Source: Crocosphaera subtropica ATCC 51142 | GTDB lineage: Bacteria; Cyanobacteriota; Cyanobacteriia; Cyanobacteriales; Microcystaceae | Reading direction: 5' to 3' | NCBI RefSeq assembly: GCF_000017845.1 | Contig: NC_010546.1 | Location: 2,460,001 to 2,492,000, forward strand | DNA: 32,000 nt | Shown here: piece after piece, positions 1-9,522 of the stretch | How the letters are laid out: every line of letters begins with the position of its first letter | How positions within the stretch are numbered: position 1 is the stretch's first letter | Notes under the pieces: generated by a model | Told to the model about the DNA's origin: nothing | What the model saw: the letters and a program-made list of their open reading frames with translations, nothing else | Databases searched by the model: none | Made by a program: the position numbers and the translations under genes

Positions 1-1
1 A

Positions 2-541
2 AGTTTGGTGGGAGTTGCCGTTAAAACCCAAGCAGAAGAGGAAGTGAAACCAGAACAAGCAGAACAAGAGCAGGTAATGAGTAAAGAGGAGCAAGCAAAA
101 CAAGCGCAAGCAAAAGCTCTTAAACTTGTCACTAAGATGACAGAAGCACAACGTTCCTATTACGAAAAAAATGGAGAATTTAAGGTTGTTATTGATGAAA
201 TCGCCGAAGATTTAGACCTTACTTTACCTTCGAGCTTTAATTACGCCATTCGAACCAGTTTTCAAGGGGCTTACATTTACGTTTTGCCGTCTAAAAGTCC
301 CCTTGCTGACCAACTAAAAGCCTATGTTGGGGGAGCTTTTATTAAGTCTCCTCAAAAAGATTCAGAAAATGAGAATCAGAAACAAGAAATCGTTACAATT
401 ATTTGCGAAACCACCGAAACAGGGCGCAGACGACCAGCAGACCCCCAAATAGCTAGAGCGAAAGAGGTGAACTCAACCACTGAACCATCCTTATCCTGTG
501 CAGATTCTACCGTACCAGCACCAAAGTCTAACCAAAAATAA
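2..541 (+). CDS. Type IV pilin-like G/H family protein, C-terminal part (5' end runs off the window)
   Basis: The frame of ORF 5..541 stays open back to nt 2, so the gene is probably 5'-truncated by the window edge. The block AQRSYYEKNGEF...YAIRTSFQGAYIYVLP...KAYVGGAF resembles the cyanobacterial Pilin_GH family as I recall it. Stop TAA at 539-541. Confidence 0.55.
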   Translation, partial: SLVGVAVKTQAEEEVKPEQAEQEQVMSKEEQAKQAQAKALKLVTKMTEAQRSYYEKNGEFKVVIDEIAEDLDLTLPSSFNYAIRTSFQGAYIYVLPSKSPLADQLKAYVGGAFIKSPQKDSENENQKQEIVTIICETTETGRRRPADPQIARAKEVNSTTEPSLSCADSTVPAPKSNQK

Positions 542-563
542 TCGTTCTTCTTTTATACATATT

Positions 564-591
564 GTAAGGGTCAACGGCCGTTGACCCTTAC
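564..591. terminator. Perfect 28-bp palindrome between convergent genes; candidate bidirectional terminator
   Basis: GTAAGGGTCAAC-GGCC-GTTGACCCTTAC gives a 12-bp stem and 4-nt loop. It lies between the stops at 541 (+) and 637 (-). There is no clean U-tract on either side. Confidence 0.5.
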
Positions 592-636
592 TGGTAAAAA
601 TTAGTAAGATAAGGGTTTGAGACTTCAATACAGTTA

Positions 637-2325
637 TCAATTTTCACTAGGAATGGTGATGTTATTCTGTCTGATAAATTGCTCAATCGCTCGACCTAAC
701 TTAAGAGAAGATTCTTCAGTAATAATATACGTTTTAAATTCCTGGTCTTGACTTAAATATTCCCCATAAGCTGACTGTAGAAAAGGACGATATTGAGGAT
801 TATTTTCGATATATACTTCAAAAAAAGATAGCATCATTGAGTTGGTATAACTATCTAATAGTTGAGGACTAGGAAGGGTTAATTTAGTGGTTTTTTGTAC
901 TGTATCAATAATCCCTGCATCCAGTTGAGAAAAATCTACATGGGCTTGTCCTTCTTGTAATTGGAGGTATTTGTCAGGAACTTCAAGGCGAGGAAAAGAA
1001 ACTGCTTGTTCAAAAATAAAAGGCGTTGCTGGATCATAACTTCCAGCAGAAATAAAGACAGGAATATCAATTTTTGCTAAAGATTTACTGCCAAAAAGAC
1101 CTGAATTAACAGGATTGACTACGAATAGGGCTGTAACTCTTTCATCTTTAAAGTTATAGTCTTTTCTTTCTAATTTTAAAGCCCGACATTGCAACAATAA
1201 AGCTGTATTTAAGTCCCCTATTTCCAGGTCACACATTTGTTTTAACCGTTCAAAGTCAGGAGTTGCACCAGCGACAGCTAACACCGTATAACCTCCAAAA
1301 GAATGACCCACAACACCCACATTATTAAGGTCTAATTTCCCTGAAAACTGGCCTTGATTACGTCTTTCTAATTCATCAATGGTATAACTAATATCAAGGG
1401 GTCGATCAATAAATTCCTCGCGAATAAAAATTTGTCGAGATAATCCTTCTAAAAAGGCTTTTGTTTGTTGAATATCGCTACCTGGATGTTGAGGAACCGC
1501 CACCACATAACCATAGGAAGCTAAATGTCTAGCCCACTTTCCAAAGTCTTCGGGCCGAGAGGCTAACCCATGCGAAATAACCACCACCGGAACCGATTCA
1601 TCGGCTAAGGTTTGGGGTTGATACATTTCCACATAAAAGGCGCGATCGCGATTTCTATCAACTAAGTTCCACCGATAATTGCTAACTGTAAAAGGACCCG
1701 GTTGACGGGGATCGGTTAATTGAGAAAAATCCACATCTGGATCTTGTTGGGCTTCGGCTTGGGCTAATTTTTCGACTTCTTCGGTAAATAAATAAGTCCC
1801 CTGAACAATCAATTCTATTTCTCGTGATAATTCGATGGCTTTTTTAACATCAATTTGTACATCTGTGGCGAGTCTATTTAAGAAATTAATTAAGGTTAAT
1901 CCGGCTGGATTAAAAGCAGCTTGAACTAAAGCCCCTCTAATCAGATACTTACCATTTCTTCCGCCTTGAATATTAAAAACTTTACCCACATAATTTAAGA
2001 TTCTTTCCCCTTCATCGGTATTTAATAATCGAGATAAGTCTACAGGATTAACCTCAACTGGGGTAGATAAAGCTTCTCGAAAGGCTTGTCTTTCTTCTTC
2101 GCTGGTTCCTGCTAAGTTAAAATATTGACGTAATTGTTGAGTTAATCTCCCTTCATTTGCATAAATTTCTAAGGAGCGAACGGGAATTGAAACAATTAAA
2201 GAATCATAAACAAAATAGATTTTTTCGGCCGCATTGGTTGGTAAAGTTAAGGTTAAGGAGGCTAAGGTTCCTAAACATACCGAAGTTAAACCGTGTAAGG
2301 ATTTTTTGAGGGCAAACAATTTCAT
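637..2325 (-). CDS. Secreted alpha/beta hydrolase (DUF1400-like N-terminal region plus dienelactone/PAF-acetylhydrolase-like serine hydrolase domain)
   Basis: ATG at 2325. Signal-like N-terminus MKLFALKK...LPTNAAEK. Nucleophile elbow GHSFGG and the upstream oxyanion-type strand VVVISHGLASRPEDF are present. Confidence 0.8.
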   Translation of the reverse strand: MKLFALKKSLHGLTSVCLGTLASLTLTLPTNAAEKIYFVYDSLIVSIPVRSLEIYANEGRLTQQLRQYFNLAGTSEEERQAFREALSTPVEVNPVDLSRLLNTDEGERILNYVGKVFNIQGGRNGKYLIRGALVQAAFNPAGLTLINFLNRLATDVQIDVKKAIELSREIELIVQGTYLFTEEVEKLAQAEAQQDPDVDFSQLTDPRQPGPFTVSNYRWNLVDRNRDRAFYVEMYQPQTLADESVPVVVISHGLASRPEDFGKWARHLASYGYVVAVPQHPGSDIQQTKAFLEGLSRQIFIREEFIDRPLDISYTIDELERRNQGQFSGKLDLNNVGVVGHSFGGYTVLAVAGATPDFERLKQMCDLEIGDLNTALLLQCRALKLERKDYNFKDERVTALFVVNPVNSGLFGSKSLAKIDIPVFISAGSYDPATPFIFEQAVSFPRLEVPDKYLQLQEGQAHVDFSQLDAGIIDTVQKTTKLTLPSPQLLDSYTNSMMLSFFEVYIENNPQYRPFLQSAYGEYLSQDQEFKTYIITEESSLKLGRAIEQFIRQNNITIPSEN

Positions 2326-2364
2326 AGATATGATGGTTAAACAGTCAAAAAGATAAATGCTATC

Positions 2365-3405
2365 TTAATCAGCAGAATCGGTCAATATTCTCAGTCTAAC
2401 GGTTTTTTCCCCTGCTTCATCCAGTTGCACTTCAATCACTTCCCCACTCAAAGATTCTAAGGAGGTTAACATCGATCGCAGATGAGGATTACTTGCTCCA
2501 GTATCAACATACAATCTATCAGATAAACTCCCCAATCTTTTCCAAGTTGTGTATAATTTTCCCACAATTTGTTCTAACTGAGATGCTTGTTTAACCAAAT
2601 CGGCGGCTGTATTTAAACATTCTAATCTTACCGCTTCATCTAAGGCCATTTCTAAATCTAAAGGAGACTTTTTTAGGGTTTGAACTTGGGCGGCTGCATC
2701 GAGATATTTGGCTAAATTTTTAGCATCGGTGGTTAATAGTTTAACTGTATCCACATCGGGATGCTGAGCGATTTCTTTTTGAATGGTTTCTAAGTGTAAC
2801 TCCGGCAATTTTTCCATTTCCCGAACCAAGGGGGCTAAATGTCGGGGGGGTAGGGTTCCTTCTTCTGCCTTTTCCTTGACCTCTGAGGGCAATAAATCAG
2901 AACTCATGGCAGTCCATTCATCTGATAGTTGTTTCACCTCTCTACGGGTAATTCTATCGCCGTTCTGGGCTGCTTCACTGACTAATTTTTGCACTTCGGG
3001 ATCGGATTTTGCTGTTTCGACAAAAGCCCGTTTACTAAAATTGTTGATGGCGTTCGGGTCTAATATTCCTTCTGCTAGTAAGGTATCGGCACTATTAGCC
3101 AACTGAATTAAAGCATAAGCCTGACTTTTAGTAATTTCTCGTTGTTTTAACCAATTTAAGAACCCTGTTCCCCGTCCTTCTCCTCCTTTTTTTTCTCGAT
3201 CGCGGATCGCCCGTAAGATTCGACCGCGCCAAATATCCGTTTGTAGATCAAAGCGATCGCAAATTTTCCAAACCGTATCTAATTTTTGTTGAAAGTCAAA
3301 CTCTTCGATCCCTTCGTCTTCAGGATCAGGCAATTCAAAATTAAAATCAACGGGGGTTTCTAAAGCGTTACGAATATCATCAGGAGATGGAGGAACAGCA
3401 ACCAT
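2365..3405 (-). CDS. Hypothetical acidic protein with an N-terminal HTH-like segment; function unknown
   Basis: 346-codon ORF with ATG at 3405 and protein-like composition. The segment IWRGRILRAIRD...GFLNWLKQREITKSQAYALIQLA resembles DUF3102-type HTH regions from memory only. Confidence 0.65.
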   Translation of the reverse strand: MVAVPPSPDDIRNALETPVDFNFELPDPEDEGIEEFDFQQKLDTVWKICDRFDLQTDIWRGRILRAIRDREKKGGEGRGTGFLNWLKQREITKSQAYALIQLANSADTLLAEGILDPNAINNFSKRAFVETAKSDPEVQKLVSEAAQNGDRITRREVKQLSDEWTAMSSDLLPSEVKEKAEEGTLPPRHLAPLVREMEKLPELHLETIQKEIAQHPDVDTVKLLTTDAKNLAKYLDAAAQVQTLKKSPLDLEMALDEAVRLECLNTAADLVKQASQLEQIVGKLYTTWKRLGSLSDRLYVDTGASNPHLRSMLTSLESLSGEVIEVQLDEAGEKTVRLRILTDSAD

Positions 3406-3528
3406 AAACGTTATTGACTTATCAACAGGATGGAATATAGATCATATCAGAGTGTAACGTGACATCCGCCCATTTCTCACCCCTAGGGGGTACAAGGTAG
3501 GCTTTCCAAGTATTGTGCATCCTTTTAA

Positions 3529-3558
3529 ACTCACATCTTGCACCTTCGCTTAAATAAA
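3529..3558 (+). repeat. About 30-nt dispersed motif, copy 1 (ACT-C-ACATCTTGCACCTTCG-C-TTAAAT...)
   Basis: The 16-nt core ACATCTTGCACCTTCG (3533-3548) is identical to 22789-22804. The flanks also match, about 26/30 by hand. Confidence 0.55.
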
Positions 3559-3642
3559 GTCAAAAAAGTAGCAGAGATTTAAGAAAAATTATAAAATCTG
3601 TGTCATAACCGAGAAACCTTTGCTAGAATAGCTTACGGTCAT

Positions 3643-4167
3643 TTGCAGTCTACGAGAGAATCTTTGAGTCAATCAATTGATATTCCTACCCTAGATACTT
3701 TGGCGCAGGAACTCGCTGCTATACAGCAAACGGGTTCAAAACGTATTGCCTTGTTAGGTTCGCGCCATGTTCCTATTACTCATCAGCAGTTAATTGAAAT
3801 GATGAGCTATGCCCTTGTTTTAGGTGGCAACCGCTTGATGACATCCGGTGCCACAGGAACCAATGCAGCAGCGATTAAAGGGGCAATGCGGGCTGATCCC
3901 AACTTGTTAACGGTAATTTTACCCCAAAGCTTGACCAAGCAGCCTAGAGAGTCAAAAGAGCAACTAGAAAGGGTCATTCATTTAGTGGAGAATCCTGAGA
4001 ATGATGGCTTATCTTTAGGGGAAGCCAGTGCTTTATGTAATCGAGAAATCGTCTCCCGTTGTCAACAGTTAATTTGTTTTGCTTTTCATGACAGTCATAC
4101 TTTACTACAAACCTGCGAAGAAGCGGAAGAACAACGAAAATTAGTCACTTTATTCTATTTTGATTAG
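3643..4167 (+). CDS. DprA/SMF-like Rossmann-fold protein (small stand-alone form); start codon uncertain
   Basis: The block RIALLGSRHVPITHQQL...LMTSGATGTNAAAIKGAM...LTVILPQSL parallels the DprA core GSR...SG.A.G.D..AH.GAL...T.AVL. The first in-frame start is TTG at 3643, and there is no ATG until codon 53. Confidence 0.5.
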   Translation: MQSTRESLSQSIDIPTLDTLAQELAAIQQTGSKRIALLGSRHVPITHQQLIEMMSYALVLGGNRLMTSGATGTNAAAIKGAMRADPNLLTVILPQSLTKQPRESKEQLERVIHLVENPENDGLSLGEASALCNREIVSRCQQLICFAFHDSHTLLQTCEEAEEQRKLVTLFYFD

Positions 4168-4186
4168 TCAATTATCAGGTTATTTC

Positions 4187-4211
4187 AGGGCATAATCGGC
4201 GATTATGCCCT
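4187..4211. terminator. Hairpin between convergent genes; candidate terminator
   Basis: AGGGCATAATC-GGC-GATTATGCCCT gives a perfect 11-bp stem. It lies between the stop at 4167 (+) and the stop at 4229 (-). Confidence 0.5.
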
Positions 4212-4228
4212 AGTTCCTTAAAAAAATC

Positions 4229-4828
4229 CTAGACGGCCGAGAAATAAATCTTAGATTTAATGGGGTCAGGAATCATGGTTTTATCCCCTTCTTGCCAATC
4301 AGCTGGACAAACCTCTTCAGGATTGGTTTGAACGTGCTGTATGGCTTTGAGGGTGCGTAGGGTTTCGGTAACACTACGCCCAAAGGAAAGATTATTGATA
4401 GTTGCGTGTTGAATAACCCCTTCTTTATCAATAATAAATAGACCCCGTAACGCTACCCCAGACTCCGGATCGAGTATATTATAAGCGGTACTAATTTCTT
4501 TTTTGAGGTCAGAGACTAACGGATAGGCAATGTCTCCCACACCCCCTTCGGTGCGAGGGGTTTGAATCCAGGCCAGGTGAGAAAATTCACTATCAACCGA
4601 AACCGCTAAAATTTCCGTGTTAATCTTCGCAAATTCTTCGTAGCGATCGCTAAACGCAATGACTTCCGTGGGACAAACAAAGGTAAAATCCAAGGGATAG
4701 AAAAAGAGGACAACATACTTGCCACGATAGCTAGAAAGCTTTTTAGTCTGAAATTCTTGATCAATAACGACTGTTGCCGTAAAATCAGGTGCAACTTGCC
4801 CAACTCGCAAGCATCCTTCGATGGTCAT
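4229..4828 (-). CDS. Typical 2-Cys peroxiredoxin (AhpC/TSA family)
   Basis: Peroxidatic-Cys motif [13 protein letters not shown] and resolving-Cys region EVCPADW. ATG at 4828 is preceded by GGAG about 8 nt upstream. Confidence 0.93.
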   Translation of the reverse strand: MTIEGCLRVGQVAPDFTATVVIDQEFQTKKLSSYRGKYVVLFFYPLDFTFVCPTEVIAFSDRYEEFAKINTEILAVSVDSEFSHLAWIQTPRTEGGVGDIAYPLVSDLKKEISTAYNILDPESGVALRGLFIIDKEGVIQHATINNLSFGRSVTETLRTLKAIQHVQTNPEEVCPADWQEGDKTMIPDPIKSKIYFSAV

Positions 4829-4961
4829 CGTTTAGTCTCCAAAAATCAAATAACGGTGAAACCCGTCAGGATTAATGTCCTGCTACAAATTTATCACAAT
4901 CATTAATAAGTTGTGATCTGCCCAAGTTATTATATTATCACCTTACTCCCATGTAGCTACA

Positions 4962-6068
4962 ATGGTTCGTTTTGTTCTCTTTAGTATTTTTTTAGTGATT
5001 CCTGGTCTATTTTCAGATTTTTTATTGGCGCAAACGGAGTCGATTCCCAATGACACTCCCCTAAAAGTTGGGGTAGCCGGTTCTCCTCCTTTTTCTAAAT
5101 TCAATCAACAAACCTTTGAAGGAATTAGTGTGGAATTATGGCAAGAAATTGCTGCAACCACTAATCTTCGATATGAGTTCATTGCTCAACCAGGGGTCAA
5201 AGTGGGAATTGACCAAGTTGTGGCAGGGGAGTTGGATATTTTAATTGGTCCAGTGAGTATTACAGCAGAAAGATTCCAAAAAGTTGCCTTTACTCAACCC
5301 TATTTTAATGCCAAAATTGGCCTCTTAATCTCAGGCCATAGCACGTCTGTCTGGAGTCGGATTCGTCCCATTTTTCAAGTGGCTGTGATTTCTTCGGTGG
5401 GGGGTTTATTCTTCATTCTGTTTATTGTCGGAAATTTAATCTGGTTAGCAGAATCTCGGCGTAATCCCGAACAGTTCCCTCAGCACTATGTGCGAGGGGT
5501 AGGTAATGGAATGTGGTTTGCTTTGGTAACTTTAACCACCGTGGGTTATGGAGATAAAACCCCAGTAACAAAAACCGGTAAAGCCATTACCAGTTTATGG
5601 ATGTTAATTACGATGGTAGCTGCTTCTTCTTTAACCGCAGGAATTGCTACAGTTATGACCTTATTATTATCCACAGACGCAACCACAGAATTTACTCAAC
5701 CCCAGGATATCCGAGGAAAACAAATTGCGGTTGTCTCAGGAACAACGGGGGAAAAATGGGCGAAAAATTATCAAGCTCGTTTGTTACCCTCTCCTAATTT
5801 AGATCAGGCTGTGGATCGTTTAAAATCGGGACAAGCTCAAGCAGTCATGTTTGATGTTCCCGCTTTAAAATATTACCTTTATCAAAATCCTGAAGCCCCG
5901 TTTAAAATCGCCAATTTATCTGTAGCTTTTGAAGATTATGGCTTTGTTTTACCGTTGGATAATGACTTAATTCGTGATTTGAATATTGCTATTATCAAGT
6001 TCAAACAATCAGGAAGATTAGAGGAGATTATTGAGCAAGAAATTCAAGGGGATTTTGATAATCAATAA
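4962..6068 (+). CDS. GluR0-type ligand-gated potassium channel (periplasmic amino-acid-binding lobes split by an M1-P-M2 pore)
   Basis: Signal peptide, then an SBP-like lobe (PLKVGVAGSPPF...ITAERFQKVAFTQPY). This is followed by a TM segment, the K+ selectivity filter LTTVGYGD, a second TM and a second SBP lobe (RGKQIAVVSGTTGEKWA...). Confidence 0.85.
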   Translation: MVRFVLFSIFLVIPGLFSDFLLAQTESIPNDTPLKVGVAGSPPFSKFNQQTFEGISVELWQEIAATTNLRYEFIAQPGVKVGIDQVVAGELDILIGPVSITAERFQKVAFTQPYFNAKIGLLISGHSTSVWSRIRPIFQVAVISSVGGLFFILFIVGNLIWLAESRRNPEQFPQHYVRGVGNGMWFALVTLTTVGYGDKTPVTKTGKAITSLWMLITMVAASSLTAGIATVMTLLLSTDATTEFTQPQDIRGKQIAVVSGTTGEKWAKNYQARLLPSPNLDQAVDRLKSGQAQAVMFDVPALKYYLYQNPEAPFKIANLSVAFEDYGFVLPLDNDLIRDLNIAIIKFKQSGRLEEIIEQEIQGDFDNQ

Positions 6069-6554
6069 TTAATTCGGTTGCACAATTAACACAGAAGAAT
6101 GAGCATGATGTAACACATAATTACTAACACTTCCTAAGAAAAATTCTTTGAGTCCAGAACGGCCCCTATGGCCAATAACAATGACATCGGCCTGCCATTC
6201 ATGGGCTATTTTACAAATTCTCGATCCAGGATTACCGTAAATTTGTTTATATTCTGTTCTAATCTCTGCTTCTGTGGCTTTATTTTGATAAGATTCTAAC
6301 ATTTCATTGCCAGATTTTTCAAAGGCTTGCCATTGTTCTTGCCAGGTTTCTAGGGTTAAATCATTGCCGGCTGCTGGATACATTTCCCTAAGATCGGGGG
6401 GAACCGGTAAAGGACTATTTTCTTCTTCTCCTGAGAGAATATGCAATAATAATAATTGGGGATTTTGTTCTTGCTTGGCCAGGGATAAGCCGTGATTAAA
6501 GACTGTTTCTGCCATGTCTGACATATCTAAAGCGATTAAAATTTTTTGATACAT
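6069..6554 (-). CDS. Universal stress protein (UspA family)
   Basis: MYQKILIALDMSD... at the N-terminus and the C-terminal ATP-binding-type block VIVIGHRGRSGLKEFFLGSVSNYVLHHA..SVLIV. Confidence 0.85.
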   Translation of the reverse strand: MYQKILIALDMSDMAETVFNHGLSLAKQEQNPQLLLLHILSGEEENSPLPVPPDLREMYPAAGNDLTLETWQEQWQAFEKSGNEMLESYQNKATEAEIRTEYKQIYGNPGSRICKIAHEWQADVIVIGHRGRSGLKEFFLGSVSNYVLHHAHSSVLIVQPN

Positions 6555-6625
6555 TGTTTTTTTATTGCTTAGATTAAATTATATTTTTCAGAGACTTAAA
6601 ATAATTAAGCCTCTATCGGAATGTT

Positions 6626-7411
<786 letters not shown>

Positions 7412-7416
7412 TTATA

Positions 7417-8834
7417 TTATGTTTTGAGGTGAGAATTACCAAACCCTCCACTGCCGGGGGTTTCTATTATAAAATGATCCCCTGCTCTCATTTCAACGGT
7501 TGCGGTACTGTTTAATCTTTCTTCTGTTCCCTCTTTCCGTTTTACCCAATTTTTTCCGACTTTTCCGGCTTCTCCTCCTGCTAAACCAAAGGGAGAAATT
7601 TTTCGATGACTTGATAAAATATTAGCGGTCATAGGTTCTAAAAATTTGATGTTTCTGATCACACCATTACCTCCCGAATATTGACCTTTTCCTCCGCTAT
7701 TTTCTCTAATTTTAAATTCTTCTACTAATACAGGATAGCGAAATTCTAAGTCCCTTGAGAGGCTGCTAATACCCCTAATGCCCCGTACAAAGCATCAACA
7801 ATGACTTGAGAGGTTTCTACGTTTCCAGCAACCACAGCAGCCGGATATTGAGGGTTTAATAGACTGCCTTGGGGGATGATTAAATGGAGGGGTTTAAGAC
7901 AGCCAGCATTGAGGGGAATATTATCATTAACGAGAGTACGAAACACATATAAAACAGCAGCTTGAGTGACAGCTTTGGGGGCATTAAAATTATTTGTTAA
8001 TTGTTCTGAGGTTCCTGTAAAGTCAATGGTTGCACTGCGATTTTGATCATCAATGGTTACTTTCACGTTAATCACTGCACCCTGATCCATTTCATAACTA
8101 AATTCTCCATCGGTTAACACATCAATGGCTTTTCTGACACATTCTTCTGCATTTTCTTGAACAAACTTCATATAAGCTTGCACTGTTTCTAAGCCATATT
8201 GAGTGACCATTTTTTGCAGTTCTTGGACTCCTTTTTCATTGGCGGCAATTTGTGCCTGAAAGTCAGCAATATTTTGCTCAGGATTTCTCGCAGGATAAGA
8301 ATTATTCGCTAAAATTGCTCTAACTCCTTGTTCTAGAAACTGTCCTTTTTCCACCAATAAAAAGTTATCAAATAAGATCCCTTCTTCTAAAATCGAAGTA
8401 GAATGAGGAGGCATAGAACCGGGTGTAATTCCCCCAATATCTGCCTGATGTCCTCTTGAAGCAACATAGAATAAAATGTGTTGATTAGTATCATCAAATA
8501 CAGGAGTAATAGCAGTAACATCGGGTAAATGTGTTCCGCCATTATAGGGGTTATTAGAGAGATAAACATCCCCAGGTTGTAGCTTATTTGCTTTATCTTG
8601 AATCAGACTTTTAACGCTTTCACTCATGCTACCTAAATGAACAGGAATATGAGGTACATTAGCCACTAATAAACCGTTTTTATCGAAGATTGCACAAGAA
8701 AAGTCTAGCCGCTCTTTAGTATTAACTGAAGAGGCTGTATTTTGTAGGGTAATTCCCATTTGTTCAGCAATAAATTGATAAAGATTTTTGAAAATTTCGA
8801 GGTAAATGGGGTCGGGTTTAGATAGGTTTAACAT
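7417..8834 (-). pseudogene. hyuB: Decayed hydantoinase B/5-oxoprolinase (HyuB-type) gene with an internal deletion plus frame change
   Basis: Codons from 8834 down to 7749 match HyuB (DPIYLEIFKN, NNPYNGGTHLPD, GNVETSQ...ASQGT) and end at TAG 7746-7748. The C-terminal HyuB block LEFRYPVLVEEFKIRENSGGKGQYSGGNGVIRNIKF...IIETPGSGGFG reads in another frame from 7749 down to 7417. The segment normally lying between these blocks is absent. Confidence 0.7.
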
Positions 8835-8971
8835 GGTGATTTATATGATTGAATGCTTATTTTGAATTTAATGTTATTTTTGAGTGAGATGCTACTATAA
8901 TTATATTAGATTTTTCTACAAATATAGTTTTAACTATGGTATATTAAATATGGAGTTTACTATCAATTTTA

Positions 8972-9522
8972 ATGTCTGCTAAAGATATTGTTCATAAGAT
9001 TGTTAGGGAAGCCTTAGAAAAGGATGAATGGATTATTACTCATGATCCTTTGTTTCTTAGAGTTAGCGAAAACATAGGGATGTTTCTTGACTTAGCAGCA
9101 AATAAAGTGATTATTGCTGATAAAGAAACATTTAAAATTGCAGTAGAAGTTAAAAGTTTCGTAGGTTTATCTGCTGTTATAGACTTTCATTTAGCTATTG
9201 GTCAATTCTTGAATTATCGATTAGCATTAGAAGAGTTAGAACCTGATAGAATTTTGTATTTAGCAATTCCTAATGACATTTATCAGAATTTTTTTCAAGA
9301 TATAGCGTTTCCCGAACTCATAAGGTACACCTAAAATTCAACTGCTGACTCCTGACTCCTGACTCCTGACTCCCAAAACTAGAAAACTTTGTACCTCACA
9401 AGTATGGGAATTGCTATAGCTTTATTCAAAAAGTAATTGATAATTATTCTATTAAATTACTAATCATTAATCCACAAAAAGGGGAAATTATCTTATGGAA
9501 ACCATCACTTATCAAAAATTAA
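8972..9522 (+). pseudogene. xisH: xisH (fdxN-element excision factor XisH family) interrupted by a small inserted element
   Basis: The N-terminal 110 codons are XisH-like (MSAKDIVHKIVREALEKDEWIITHDPL...KIAVEVKSF). The ORF then runs into the insert and stops at 9334. A XisH-type C-terminus (FIQKVIDNYSIKLLIINPQKGEIILW...) is encoded at 9421..9522 in a different frame. Confidence 0.7.
9302..9420. mobile_element. MITE-like element, copy 1 (imperfect terminal inverted repeats with a TGACTCC x4 heptamer core)
   Basis: The arms 9299-9328 and 9391-9420 match 22/30 as inverted repeats in my hand alignment. TGACTCC occurs four times in tandem at 9346-9373. A second copy lies at about 23828-23954. Confidence 0.7.

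Noticed and set aside
2783-3106. 107-aa ORF on the + strand
   Set aside because: It is nested antisense inside the 346-aa gene, has a Ser-rich composition, no start context and no motifs.
7417-7662. 81-aa ORF as an independent gene
   Set aside because: Its frame continues upstream to 7749 with HyuB-family sequence (LEFRYPVLVEEF...). It is the C-terminal piece of the decayed hyuB, not a separate gene.
9346-9373. Tandem heptamer arrays (also at 22831-22858, 22943-22970 and 23873-23907) as a CRISPR array
   Set aside because: The units are 7 nt and directly abutting, with no spacers. This is microsatellite/STRR-like structure, not CRISPR.
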